Shown: positions 1-12,508, counted from the whole stretch's first letter. The stretch is DNA of 63,498 nt, filler included, from Octopus bimaculoides (GCF_001194135.2; 4 parts of 4 records of this genome joined end to end with filler, not necessarily neighbours in it); one strand, 5' to 3'. A program made the numbers and translations. Notes: generated from the letters alone by a model not told the origin.

Positions 1-1199
1 TCTTATACATATATATATATATATATATGGAACAATAGTTTGAATTGATCATTATTTTACCATTGTTTGTTTTCTCCCAAAACGGCGTAGTTATAGATAA
101 GTATATTGTCGATTAAATAATTGTTGCTGAATATGATGAATTGGAGACAGTGAAAAATGATAAAAGATAAACTATAATATAACACTGATAAAGGAAATAT
201 CAAGTTTAAGTCTATGTAAGATAAAAGAAAGAATAGACTTAACAAATATGATTAAAAGGAGGACAACGTTGAAGAGAAAATTTATATTTCTTTTGAAGAG
301 CTAAATTTCTAAATATCAAAATTACGACACCCGAAGAAGCTTTCATATGTATTGAAAGGACTGTATATAAGTAAATATACGTGTGAATTGTTTGAATTTA
401 TCTGTTGGAAAATATAGATAATGTATTCTTATTTTCCGATTGAAATTACATATATTTTCCATTTGAGATAATAATTAAACTGTTTTATTTGAGTTTTCGA
501 AGATGTACTAATGAAAACAGGAGACATTTCAACAAATTTTCATGGACGCCTTTTTCTTTTTTTTAAATGTGTACACATTTCAAACACTTTAAAAATTTAA
601 ATTTTAAAAAAGTTTCTTCAATAGAAATACTTTATAGTCGAACGAATTTTTATTTTTATTTTATTTTGTGAAGTTACAACTTTAAACATTTTCTAATATC
701 AGCTTAAACTATTCCTATTTAGAATCCTTTGGAAGAATGTTCAAACCCTATCCATTTAGATAATAAATATTGATCGCCTTGTTTCTAAAAAGCTTTTTTT
801 CAGTCGTAAAAACAGCTAAAAAACGACATTCTGGTAAAGAAATAAACTTGTTATAAATGCACTATTAATGTTTACTTTTGACTCAAAATCAAACATGTAA
901 GGGGAGAGTACTGTCAATTACGTTGACCTTAGTACTTGATAGATAATTTATTTTATCTACCTCGGAAGGATGAAAGACAGTATACTCGGTGTACTTTGAA
1001 CCCAGATCAAAATTGTTGATAATATAAGCGTAGGCGTGACTGTGTGCAGACAAGGGGAGGCATGATTATGTGTTAAGAAGCTTGCTTCTCTACTTGCTGT
1101 CAAGTTCAGTGTCACTGCGTGACACCATGCGCAATTGTCTTCTGTTATACGCTCGGACCTTGTGAGTGGATTTCGTAGGCGGAATCTGAAAGCAGCCTC

Positions 1200-1410
1200 T
1201 CGTATATCTTTATATCTATGTGTATCTGTGTTTGTCACCCACCATTGCTTGACAATCGGTATTGGTATATGTATGTCCCCGTAACTTAGTGGTTCGGCCA
1301 AAAAGACCGTACTGTAGCCCATTCATTCGCTTAACTATTCTTGAAGGTCGTGCTTCATCACGGCCGCAGTCTAGTGACTGGAAGAAGATAAAGAAATAAA
1401 AGATAACCAC
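1200..1410 (+). mobile_element. CORE-type SINE (family B), 3' half
   Basis: tgtgtttgtcacccaccattgcttgacaatcgg...ccccgtaacttagtggttcggc...ggccgcagtctagtgactg, shared with copies at 8030, 9285, 13515 and 30590. Confidence 0.8.
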
Positions 1411-1963
1411 ATTCACTGAGTCTTAGGTTTTAAATACACTACAAAGTAGCTAGGAACTGGGATGAGTTTACGATCCGAGTCGCTAGTTTCTGTAAGAATT
1501 AGATCGAGACGTAACAAACTGTGAAATGTCGGGCAAGACTTCAACATCGCCTAGGCGTATTATAATTAACTGAACTATATGGCATCGTCCCAATTTCTTT
1601 TATTTAACAAGACCAGTCTGTAGCGTCTGCTCTTTCGCTCTAAACGAATTTTCAGCTACACCGAGTGATCCGGCATGCAGTAGATAACGAATAGCAGGAA
1701 CAGGTTGAAACTTTGAAACTGGGAATATCGATGGAACTGCAGTACTGGACCAAAGTTAGTTCAGGGTTGAATGTCGCGCTTCTGGAGGGCTGCTAATCTT
1801 CACAGCCTTCTTCTAGGACAACAATGCTTTTGGTGGAACATCTATGGAGAACACTATCTACAGCGCTTCGACGGGCGACCTTTTTGTAGAGCTTTTGTTG
1901 TCACGAAGCTCGGCTCTGTAGTTAATTCTGCTGGGAAGTTTTTATCTCGCAGATTTTGAAGTT

Positions 1964-2190
1964 GACGAGCTGCTAGCAGAATCGTTAGGACTTCGGGCGA
2001 AATGCTTGACGGCATTTCTTCCATTTTAAGGTTCTGAGTTCAAATTCAGCCAAGGTCCACTTTGCATTTTATCCTTCCGAGGTTGATAAAATAAGTACCA
2101 GTTGAGTATTAGTTTTGATGTAATCAACTTTACCACTTTACTCCTTCCTCGAAATTACTAGCCTTGTACCAAAATTTGAGATCAATATCT
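1964..2190 (+). mobile_element. tRNA-derived SINE (family A), diverged
   Basis: Head with B-box GAGTTCAAATTC, then central domain ctttgcattttatccttccgaggttgataaaataagtaccagtt. Confidence 0.8.
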
Positions 2191-2229
2191 GGTAGATTTG
2201 TTTGAAATTTACCTACTTGCACGCATTTG

Positions 2230-3345
2230 TTAGCTTCTTCTACAGCAAAATCTTTGATCCTTTACCTCAGTAAAAAAAAAACTTTCAGTCACAGCTTTGA
2301 GTTCTTCATTTCTAAGACGGTGCCATAGTTTTTTGCTCATATTTTTCCAACTTTCCAAGGTTTTGTTGCTGTGATTTTAACTTTTTTTTTTTTTTTGCAG
2401 ACTTTAACCATATAAGGGCGATTTTCTTTTTTTTCTCTCTCATTATTTAACATGTCATTGTGGAATCATCTTTCTCTATTTTCAAGATTTTGTTTTTTTA
2501 TTTTCTATTCTTATCTTTATAAATTCTATTGTTTTCTCCTTTTTCTCGTGTCTATATGTTTAGTCTCCATCTTTATCTGTTCAATTCCTTGAAGTCAGAA
2601 AAGAGTTGCTGTTATTTTTTTCCTTCATGTTTTATAGCCATATGTATTAGTTTTCTATTATTCCTTACAAAACATTTTGTAGTCCTTCTGTTGATATTTT
2701 ATTATAGACTTCTAGTTGCAGTATTCATGTAAATATATTCTTTCGAAGTGTATGCTAAGTCCAGCCATTATTTTCTTGTTTTCCTGTCTAGTCTTGTTAA
2801 TTCACTTGCGACCAGTTGAGAATATTCTAACTATAATTTATTACTGGAGTAGCTAGATTATGGATATATGTTACCTGATTATTATTATCATTATTATTAT
2901 TATTATTGTTATCATTATTATTATTATTATTATTATTATCATTATTATTATTATTATTATTATTGTTGTTGTTTTTGTTGTAATGGCTCAGTTTTAAGTA
3001 TTAACCTAATGCGTCTATAATATTTCTTCCAAAGCTTTTTTCTCTTGCTAGTATATGTTGTATTCAGTGATTAATTCCAAAATGTCTATGTTTAGCCTAA
3101 TTCGCTTATATAAGTTTCTTTATCTAACATGTAAACACTTTATTGTCATTCAGTAGCATTCGTATCATTATTCATAAAAATTTCAGCATGTTTGGTTAAA
3201 GGTGTTAATACCAGACAGAAACGTAATGGAAAGATAGAATCCTGTTGGAATATTCCTCTTTTAATACGAATAGATATTATCTGTATAATTCCTTCTTTCT
3301 CTTTAATCTGTAAAGTCGTGTCGTTTCCGCGTTTTTTTCCCTTGC
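2230..3345 (-). mobile_element. Decayed RLE-type non-LTR retrotransposon (R4/Dong-like), internally deleted
   Basis: Minus-strand motifs in expected order: IKRGIFQQDSIFPL (RT), KKYYRRIRLILKTE, IHNLATPVINYS..LNW, ELTRLDRKTRK, WLKSA, ELKAVTESFF..KDQ; many stops and frameshifts. Confidence 0.82.
2877..2964. repeat. (ATT)n microsatellite inside the R4/Dong-like relic
   Basis: Direct reading. Confidence 0.97.
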
Positions 3346-4228
3346 TCATTCATGATCTTATTCAAAGACTAACTTGTGTGATTCGCTTATCTATTATTCA
3401 TGAACTAGCATACCCGTGTCGTCAAAAATGCCGTCCGTATTATTCATGATTAAAAAAATAGCACATCAACACAGTAGGGTAACCATTTATAAATGTCAGT
3501 AATCTAGTAAGTATATGTTCATATACTTGAAGAATCAGATACGATTATAACATCTCGGTTGAAAATATCACCCATATAATGTATCTTTGTGTACAGACAC
3601 ACAAGAGGCAAGTATCATATTTAGTTAAGTGGTTTATATTGAAAATCTCTCCGAAAATGTACTCTTAATTGCTAGTAAAGAAAAGTAAGCTTCAATAATA
3701 CGTACTCAGCTTTTATACCACATATATTTTGTTATTACTACCTATCTCTAGTATCTAACACCCAAGAAAGAACCTTAAACAATATCACTTTATATCTTCT
3801 AACAATATAAGCAGGCACACTACCAACATGTATACATATTGTGTATGATATGGTTTTTTCTATAGATAACTGATTTTTTCCCAGCCTATCATGTCAAGGC
3901 ACTGCGTTCCACCCACTGTTAAATGCAAATTGATTTAAATTAATTCTACCTGCGAACGCATCGACCGCTTTCTTATTTAATACTCGTTGCAAATTGTTTA
4001 ACGTGATGGAAGGAAATTAACATTCTGTATTATTTGAAATTCCATTGTGATTATCCAGTTCGTAGGATTCACTCAAACACAATCGTACTTCATGAATATC
4101 ATCATTCTACAGAGTTATTTATCTTCTATATCACCATCACGTCCACAAACGAAACCACAAAATCACTCACATCAAGTTTTGTTGAATTTTATTTTCTTAA
4201 TTTATAAAAATGAATAATAATAATAAAT

Positions 4229-4232
<4 letters not shown>

Positions 4233-4307
<75 letters not shown>
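4233..4307. repeat. (TAA)n microsatellite
   Basis: Direct reading. Confidence 0.98.
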
Positions 4308-4674
4308 GTGCACCTGCTACTTTTATGTTCTTTTGTTAAGAGAGCTGAAAAGTTGCGTTAATGTTTACTGTAATTAACTAATTAGATTATATGAAATGAA
4401 ATTTAAAAGAACCCAATATTAAACATATAGTTATGGCTATGGTTATGCTAATCGCACATTCATATACACCTTTAATGAATTGTAACAGCAAGAAACGTGA
4501 TAATACTGGCAAGAAATTAAACATACACACCTGCAAAGATAATGATAGCAATTAATATATTGTTATAATCTAACATGTATTTTGAATATGTACACACAAT
4601 CTGGGTGTATATATTAAAATATATCAAGACTAAATACTTCCTTAAGCATCTAGCACGAAATCAGATCCAAAATT

Positions 4675-5308
4675 AATCTTTTCTACTATAAGCACAATGC
4701 CTGAAATTTTGGAGAAGGGGGCTAGTCGATTACATTGATCCCCAGTCTTCGACTGGCACTTATTTCGCCGACCCCGGCTTCATGGAATATGAACTGAGAA
4801 CTTAAATACGGAAAAAAATGCCACTAAGCATTTTGTCCGGCGTACCAGCATATCCATAATAATCCTTTCTACTGTAGGCACAAGGCCAGAAATTTTGGAG
4901 GAGAAGGTAAGTCGATCACATTGACCCCAGTACTTGACTGGTACTTAATTTATCTACCCCGAAAGGGTGAAAGGCAAAGTCGACCTCGACGGAATTTGAA
5001 CTCAGAACGCAAAGACAGATGAAATACCGCTAAGCATTTCGCTCGGCGTGCTAACCATTCTGCTAGCTCGCCGCTTTTATATCCTTAATTAATAATCCTT
5101 TATACTAAAGGGACAAAGCCTGAAATATGGGGAGAGGGGACTAGTTGGTTACTTCGACCCCAGTGCGTAACTGGTACTTAATTTATCGACCCCGAAAGAA
5201 TGAAAGGCAAAGTCGACCTCGGCGGAATTTGTACTCAGAACGGGAAGACAGACGAAATACCGTTACGCATTTAACCTGGCGTGCTAACGATTCTCCCAGC
5301 TCGCCGCC
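4675..5308 (-). mobile_element. Three tandem family-A SINE copies (about 4675-4850, 4858-5075, 5097-5308)
   Basis: Each has ctggtacttaatttatcgaccccgaaag..gaaaggcaaagtcgacctcggcggaatttg or a decayed version; the third is flanked by a 21-nt direct repeat (5076-5096 / 5309-5329). Confidence 0.9.
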
Positions 5309-5360
5309 TTTATATCCTTAATTAATAATGGCATCAAAGTTCAGATGTAGGTATTCAAAG

Positions 5361-5578
5361 AGGCGGCTAACGAAAAGAATTATTACCGCGCCGGACGCAA
5401 TACTTAGCGGCATTTCTTCCGGCTTTTTATATGTAGAGTTCAAATGCCCATAAGGTCGATTTTGCTTTTGATACCTTCGAGGGTCGATAAAGTAAGTACC
5501 AGTTGGACACAGGAGTAATCCACTTCCACCTCCCTCGAAGTTTCTGGTATTTCTGCCAAAATTTGAAAGAAGTATTAT
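5361..5578 (+). mobile_element. Family-A SINE, diverged, inverted relative to the tandem trio
   Basis: gagttcaaatg...ggtcgattttgcttttgataccttcgagggtcgataaagtaagtaccagtt. Confidence 0.8.
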
Positions 5579-5607
5579 TTTGAGACCTATGACAAAATAA
5601 TATGATA

Positions 5608-5831
5608 TAGTAATCCCTCGACTATCGCGGGTGTTACGCTCCAAAAACTCCGCGATACGCGAAAATCCGCGAAGTACAAGCAGTACTGTACTGTATATAT
5701 TCTTTTTATTATTTTTATAATTTGTATTTATTTTATTTTATTATAAATGCAAAACAACACCACGGAGGAATCGACGTAAGCTTAAATAATAAACCACAAT
5801 AGGTGAACCACGATATGGCGAGGGATTTCTC
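5608..5831. mobile_element. pogo/Tigger-like MITE
   Basis: TA-flanked imperfect TIRs of about 25 bp: tagtaatccctcgactatcgcgg / ccacgatatggcgagggatttctc; TA at 5606-5607 and 5832-5833. Confidence 0.7.
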
Positions 5832-6124
5832 TATACAATTTTAAGGCATCGAACTGACAGAATCCTTAGCACGCCGGTTAAAATATTTAGCGACATTTTG
5901 TCCGTTGTAGAACTCACATTGGTATCTTCTGAACTATGAAACATACGTTCAAAAGTATTCCACTCTTTGTACTATATTTAGACTTTGTACAGCGTGGAGT
6001 ACATAATAAAATGTGTCTTTCCTGTCTTTGAAAATATGCTTAGCGTTATTAATAAGCGTAGGATATTCAAGTAAGGGTGATGTGGCTGCTTCCATCATCA
6101 TCATCATCGTCATCACTTAGACCT

Positions 6125-6558
6125 TATTCTTTTCTACTCTAGGCACAAGGCCCGAAATTTTGGGGGAGGAGCCAGTCGATTACAACGACCCTAGTACGTA
6201 ACTGGTACTTACTTTATCGACCCCGAAAGGATGAAAGGCAAAGTATACCTCGGCGGAATTTGAACTTAGAATGTAAAAGACAGACGAAATACTGCTAAGC
6301 ATTTCACCAGGCGTGCTAACGTTTCTTATTTCTTTTTTAACCACAAGGGGCTAAACATAGAGGGGACAAACAAGGACAGACAAAGGGATTAAATCGATTA
6401 CATCGACCCCAGTGCGTAACTGGTACTTACTTTATTGACCCCGAAAAGATGAAAGGCAAAGTCGACTTCGGCAGAATTTGAACTCAGAATGTAACGGCAG
6501 ACGAAATACCGCTAAGCATTTCGCCCGGCGTGCTAACGTTTCTGCCAGCTCTCCGCCT
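6125..6558 (-). mobile_element. Family-A SINE dimer (junction at 6325/6326)
   Basis: Central domain occurs twice; the right unit has the longer ccacaaggggctaaacatagaggggacaaacaaggacagac tail. Confidence 0.9.
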
Positions 6559-7765
6559 CATCACTTAGACATTATTAATTTATAGGACCAGCTACTCAGT
6601 TTCTATGGTGTAACATTCCTCCTCTTGGGTGGGGTTAATCTTTTACAGCTGAGTGGACTGGAGAAAAAAAGAAATGAAATATTTATTAGTGACAGGCAGT
6701 ATTAATACTGATAGTTAATATTTATCCCATCTGAAACGAGAATATTCTGTTAGAACAAACTATACTAAGGTAGAAACCATGAGAGATATTCTTTTATGCG
6801 CTTTTGGTGCAAATTCATTCTTGTTTATCCTGAACGCAACTCATCTTCAACACAATTCATCGTGCCATGACTGAAATCGAAACTGTGATTTGTGGACCAC
6901 GACTACAATACTCCAGCCGCCACCCCTATGATTACTGCCCAACAAATATCAAAGCACCAGCAAATGTTGCTGCAAAAATATCTTCAATCTATTAAATCTA
7001 CGATTTACTCGGCATCCATTCACTGAACATCGCAAAGCAAGTCTTGGAGATCAGCCGTTAAGATTCTCAAGGGAATATACTGGATTAATTTCTAAATTGA
7101 ACACTTAATGTAGTATATATATGCATGTGTGTGTATGTATCTATGTACTATTTCTTGAAGTTATTAGAGACGCTGGTTGTAGGTGAGATAACATCAAAAC
7201 GGCTGTTGAAATATATCATATCGTTTCCTATATATCCGCTGGTGAATAGCATTTTATAATATCGATTATTTTATTTTTTCACAAATGTAGTATTTCAAAC
7301 TGTAAAAGCTAATTTGGTTTAATTCAAAACTAATTATATTTCTGATAAAACTTCTCTAAATATATTACGAAAAACCTGCAGTTGCGTAATTTTAATTTGA
7401 GAAATTTCACCTTTAGGCTTATGTTAACTTCCCATGATTAAAAATAGCAATGAATTGACGCATTAAATTTCGTACATATCAACATACATGTATATATCGA
7501 TTCATATACATACGTATATACCTAACATACGTACGTCTATATTGATGCAACGAGGAATTTACTGCTTTTCCATTCGAGCGCTAATTTTACATTCGTAATA
7601 TTGTCATAGCATCATTGGCTTATGTAAATAACAGAGTTGTATGAAAGCACAAAAATGCAGAGGTTTTCGAAGAAAGAACAAAGTAAACCGACATATAACG
7701 GTACACATATAGAGAAACGAAACACAGGCAACTCGGCGAGACGTGTTCTTGTTTGTCTCCTGTCC

Positions 7766-7802
<37 letters not shown>

Positions 7803-7819
7803 GTACATGTGCCGTGTGT

Positions 7820-8015
7820 GCATCGTTGACGATTTTCTTTCTCTGTCGTCCCTTCTTTGGACTTTTCCTATATTTCTGACGAAGAGCGCCGCACAAAACG
7901 TTAAATCCTCTTTCTTCTCTTTCCTTTACTGAGTTTCCAATAACGCTGTACTTATTCCACGTCCTCGCGTTGTTGTTTTTTTCGTGTTTTTTCGTGTTTT
8001 TTCTTGCATGTTCAT
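7820..8015 (+). mobile_element. Dispersed repeat with a degenerate hammerhead motif; probable Penelope-like terminal repeat
   Basis: Shares tttctg..gaagagcg..gc.c.aaacgt and downstream gtcctcg..gttgtt with 58915-59090 (-). Confidence 0.55.
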
Positions 8016-8029
8016 GTTTAAATCGACTA

Positions 8030-8310
8030 TATACTCTTTTACTCTTTTACTTGTTTCTGTCATTTGACTGCGGCCATGGTGAGGCACCGCCTTTAGTCGA
8101 GAAGATCGACCCCAGGACTTATTCTTTGGAAGCCTAGTACTTATTCTAACGGTCTCTTTTTGCCGAACCGCTAAGTTACGGGGACGTAAACACACCACCA
8201 TCGGTTGTCAAGCGATGTTGGGGAGGACAAACACAGACGCACAAACATATACACACACATACATATATATACATATATACGACAGGCTTCTTTCAGTTTC
8301 CGTCTACCAA
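8030..8310 (-). mobile_element. CORE-type SINE (family B), cut by gap
   Basis: actcttttacttgtttc...gaaccgctaagttacggggacgtaaacacacc...cttctttcagtttccgtctaccaa. Confidence 0.88.
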
Positions 8311-8509
8311 NNNNNNNNNNNNNNNNNNNNNNNNNNNNNNNNNNNNNNNNNNNNNNNNNNNNNNNNNNNNNNNNNNNNNNNNNNNNNNNNNNNNNNNNNN
8401 NNNNNNNNNNNNNNNNNNNNNNNNNNNNNNNNNNNNNNNNNNNNNNNNNNNNNNNNNNNNNNNNNNNNNNNNNNNNATATATATATATATATATATACAT
8501 AAATATGCA

Positions 8510-8992
8510 TCCGCTGTTTAAGGCAGTGCATGGAAGGAAGCTGTGTAGCGTGTGATCGTCGCATTGACGCTGACAGAGTATGTTGTTATGGCGATACCTG
8601 CTCAGAGGCCTACACAAAGTTGCAGAAAGTTTATGGAGAGGAGTGTATGAGCCACACACAAATGTCCGAGTGGTTAAGATGTTTCCAAAATGGCCGAAAA
8701 AATGTCGATATTGACTAACGCTCTGGGAGACCCGCAACCAGCAGAACTGAGAAAAACATCGCAGATGTGCGTGCAGCCGTGAGAGGAAATCATTGAATCA
8801 CAATCCATGAGTTATCAAAGGATGTGCAGATTAGTTACGGTTCAGTTCATTCTGTGATCACTGAAGATTTGAGTACGAGACCCGTCTCTGCCAAGTTTGT
8901 GCCAAAATTGCTTTCAGCTGACCAAAAAGACACTCGGGTTTCAGTTGCACAAGATTTTCGTGATTGTGTCATGAACGGTAAAGATATTTTGA
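8510..8992 (+). mobile_element. mariner transposase 5' fragment (HTH region), pseudogenised
   Basis: GDTCSEAYTKLQKVYGEECMS...EWLRCFQNGR..D*RSGRP...ITIHELS...ISYGSVHSVITEDL..RPVSAKFVPKLLSADQK (WVPREL-like motif); no DDD domain. Confidence 0.88.
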
Positions 8993-9271
8993 AAACTTTG
9001 CGTTGGCCTCTGGACAGGTAACACCAAGCTTTTGGCAAAAATTGACACAGATTCTCTTTTCAATTTGTTCTCTCGTGGTTAATGCGACGATCACACGCTA
9101 CACACTTTCCTTCCAAGCACCACTGTAAACAGCGGACGTGATCTAGAACATTAACATATAGTGCTCATGCATGGAAGAGTTCAAGGCCAATTAGTGCCAA
9201 GCGGCTGAGACTTTGCGTGCTTTAGCTTCGTTACTATGGCAACAGTCCGGATACTTATTGATGAGACCAGG
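8993..9271 (-). mobile_element. Second mariner 5' end in inverted orientation, with terminal repeat
   Basis: Reverse strand reads REQIEKRICVNFCQKLGVTCPEA; 9078-9136 is the reverse complement of 8510-8568; terminus atacttattgatgagaccagg then TA at 9272-9273. Confidence 0.78.
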
Positions 9272-9284
9272 TATATATGTATAT

Positions 9285-9470
9285 GTTTATGTGTCTGTGT
9301 TTCACCCCCACCATCACTTGAGGCCCGTAACTTAGCGGTTCGGCAAAAGTGTTCGATAGAATTAGAACAAGGCTTACAAAAATAAGTCCTGGGGTCGATT
9401 TTTTCGACTAAAAGCGTTGCTCCAGCATGGCGTCAGTCAAATGACTGAAACCGCCCAACGAATAAAAGAA
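9285..9470 (+). mobile_element. CORE-type SINE (family B), 3' half
   Basis: cccgtaacttagcggttcggcaaaag...aataagtcctggggtcgat...gctccagcatggcg.cagtcaaatgactgaaac. Confidence 0.85.
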
Positions 9471-10224
9471 TATATATATATGTAGAGGCAGTGCATTTCT
9501 CCTTACTGTAGAAGAGCTTCTTCCTTCCAGTTCGCTACACAAAATCTTTCGATTTTGCTACAAGAACTTTGATATGCCCGATTTTTTAATATTTTTATAT
9601 TTTTGGTAGTGCAATTTGCCGGGTGCAATTCCCATTACAGTTCGCAGTTCTCTGTTTCCAAAAAGACCTCGACAAACATGAATTAATAGTTTACGTTAAA
9701 TATGTGTTTAGAATTGCAAGCAATAGTTAAAAATACTCAATACATAAGTGGAGAAATAATATAACTTCGAACGAATTTTTATTCAGCCGATCAGCTAATC
9801 GCATCATCAATGGTTCTTGTATCCCTTTGTTACTATATCATTAACCACGGATTTTCTTGTTCCAGTTGATATTTTCTACTGACAGGGCCCAAAGCGACAG
9901 GAATGCATAATTTGCCACTACAGATGCTGGACGATTTTCGTATGTTACTGATATATTTTTGAGATTTTTTGTGTTTCTTAATAAAAGTCATCTATGAAAG
10001 ATACTATCTCAGGCCGATTATTGCAGTTAATCAGGCTTTCTTTGATATATCTCCATTAAGTATGATACATCGATTACTAATTTGTATTTAATATTTATGC
10101 ATTAACACCCCTGTCACGCCCTTTGAGTTGAAAAACATGTAATCCAACAACAGCAATGTTCTAGCTAAAAGCTGCTTAAGAAATAAGATGTCTTACACTT
10201 CTTCAATTAAAAATATGAAATCTT

Positions 10225-10870
10225 AAAATAGACCTAGGAAAACAATATGGTTCATCACTCTCCTTTCTCCTTAATTTTACGACTAACGTACGCAATAAAT
10301 TCCTCACGTTATTGAATAAGCATTTCCCGGTAAACCATAAATACGGAAAGATTTTTATTTGATGCTCAGTTAAAAGGTCATACAGATGCTGCTCCAGTTT
10401 GAAGGACATTATCATTCGCAAACCACAACAGGAGCTCACTCCAAGTTTAAAATATCGAGATTCTGAAGCTTGCCCACTCGATCAAGCAGGCTTCATAAAC
10501 TCAGTCGTTTATGAGGTCGGAGTCTCACCAGTGCTCCAAGATAACGTAAACAAAACTTACGTCGGCTTATGCCTAGGCTAATATAAAAGGATGTTATGCA
10601 ATCCCCAAGTCTTCTTTCCGATACAACAATAAAAATAAAGCGCATAATTTGGTATCCACCTATGTGGTCTGATGTCCAACAACACACCACATACAATCTT
10701 TTGGAGAATCGTGAAGAGATATATACACTAAGTAAATGCATCAAAGAGATGCAAGGTAAACGTAGTTAAAAGATCGCACATTCGTTTTAGATACAAAAAT
10801 TCCGCCATACTATTTAATGCCAGACCCGAAATTTTCAGCAAATGCAAACACATGGACAAATTTATTTTTG
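10225..10870 (+). mobile_element. Penelope-like element C-terminal fragment (linker plus GIY-YIG endonuclease)
   Basis: RKTIWF...TNVRNKFLTLLNKHFPVNHKYGKIF...SYRCCSSLKDII, CPLDQAGFINSVVYEVGV....NKTYVGL, LFNARPEIFSKCKH. Confidence 0.8.
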
Positions 10871-11624
10871 TCAAACGGGCAGACACTACCCTCCTAGATA
10901 TTGACCTCGTTACATTTGAATTATTCTACACCAGCTTGATTACTTATAATTTCCACACACAAAGATTTTTTTCCTTTCTTTCTACGTTTTGATTCACTCT
11001 TTGTCTTCTCATTCTACGTTTCCTTCAATTTTTTCACGTTTTATTCTCGTGTTTTCTCCTGTATCAGCGTCCTGCTTTTCAAATAGGACAAACCAATGCT
11101 CTGGGCCTGAAAATGCTTTGGTGACACAAAACATGTTATATAAATCTGCCGAATTACCGTGTCTACATAGCATGAAATTATTAGTAACCCCTTTTAAAAA
11201 TTTTGTGTACATTAAATATGTGTGCGTGCATGAACGTATGTGTTTGTGTCTGTGTGTATTTATTTGGATAGGAGTATGTCATATAGAACTCGCTGTCTCC
11301 GCAGAATCATTACAGTTGACCTAGTGAAGATAAGTACGATTTCCATTTTATTTTCGAAATATTATATTTAACTAATTCAGAACGAAATTGATTTCGAAAG
11401 AAAACAAAAAAAAAACATCCTTTAAAATAAAACCAATAAATATGTTTCGTAGAAACAGAAGATTATTCAAAATAATAATCTCTTCAATCAAAATTGTTAT
11501 TGATTTGGCAATTTCCTATAAAGCTAATTTAGTTTCTTTACGGAAAATATTTTTATATAAATGTGTACTTTAGTTCTATATAAATGGAGTTTTTCTTTCA
11601 TAAATCTGTGCTTTAGGCGAATCT

Positions 11625-11775
11625 GTGTGGTTTAGAAGATCTCATTGCACCCATGTGATTTGGGCTTCAGGCCTATTGGTCAGGACCTTGGGCAATTGTC
11701 TTCTACTGTACCCTTCGGCATAACAGTGCCTTGTGAGTGAATTTGGCAAATGGAAACTATCTGGAAGCCTGTCAC
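11625..11775 (+). mobile_element. CORE-type SINE head, diverged
   Basis: gtgtggtttagaag...gaccttgggcaattgtcttctactgta...gccttgtgagtgaatttgg. Confidence 0.75.
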
Positions 11776-12089
11776 GCACACATACACACACACACACGCA
11801 CATATATATATATATACATATATATATGTTTATATAAATAATAATAATAAATGGAGCAAAACGCATATAAATAAAAGTTCCTTTAATTCCTACACATGTT
11901 TCAAAATAAATGAGAGCTCCTTCACAAAGAAGTAAGAGCTGCTGGGATTCCTCATATATTTCTCTTCGGGGAGTTCATAATAAACATATAATAGCAAGAC
12001 AAAAACGAAATGGTGAGATAACTTACGAGCAAAGATGTTACATGTTCAGTGACCGTTAGAACGTTTGTTTACATGTAAAACAGAATCAT

Positions 12090-12508
12090 TAGCAGAATCA
12101 TTAGCACGCCGAGCAAAATGCTTGGCGGTATTTCGTCCGTTTTAAGGACGTTCTGCGTTCAAATTCCACCGGGGTCGACTTTGCCTTTCATCCTTCCGAG
12201 GTCGATAAAATAAGTACCAGTTGTGTACTGGGGTCAATTTAATCGACTATCCCCTTCCCAAAATTTCAAGCCTTGTGCCTAGAGTAGAAAGGATTATCAA
12301 GTTGGATAGCTGGCAAAATGCTATGATTGTTGGAAAAATTACTTAGTGGCATTTCTTCGGGGTTTTTACGTTATGAGTTCAAATTTCTGTGTAGTCCACT
12401 TTGCTTTTCGTTCTTTTGGGGTCGGAAAATAAATACCAGTTGCGCACTGGAGTCGATACGATCAACTTGACTCCTGCGCTTAAAATTGCTTTATACCAAA
12501 ATTTGAAG
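12090..12508 (+). mobile_element. Two tandem family-A SINEs
   Basis: B-boxes at about 12155 and 12377, each followed by the central domain. Confidence 0.85.

Noticed and set aside
480-840. AT-rich segment resembling a non-autonomous DNA transposon
   Set aside because: Could not define TIRs or a TSD
4675-6558. CRISPR-like repeat array
   Set aside because: Repeats are SINE bodies of about 220 nt, without unique spacers or cas genes
11107-11137. ctgaaaa...caaaacatgtt after the Penelope-like fragment as a hammerhead
   Set aside because: G8 and G12 both absent and no stem I pairing
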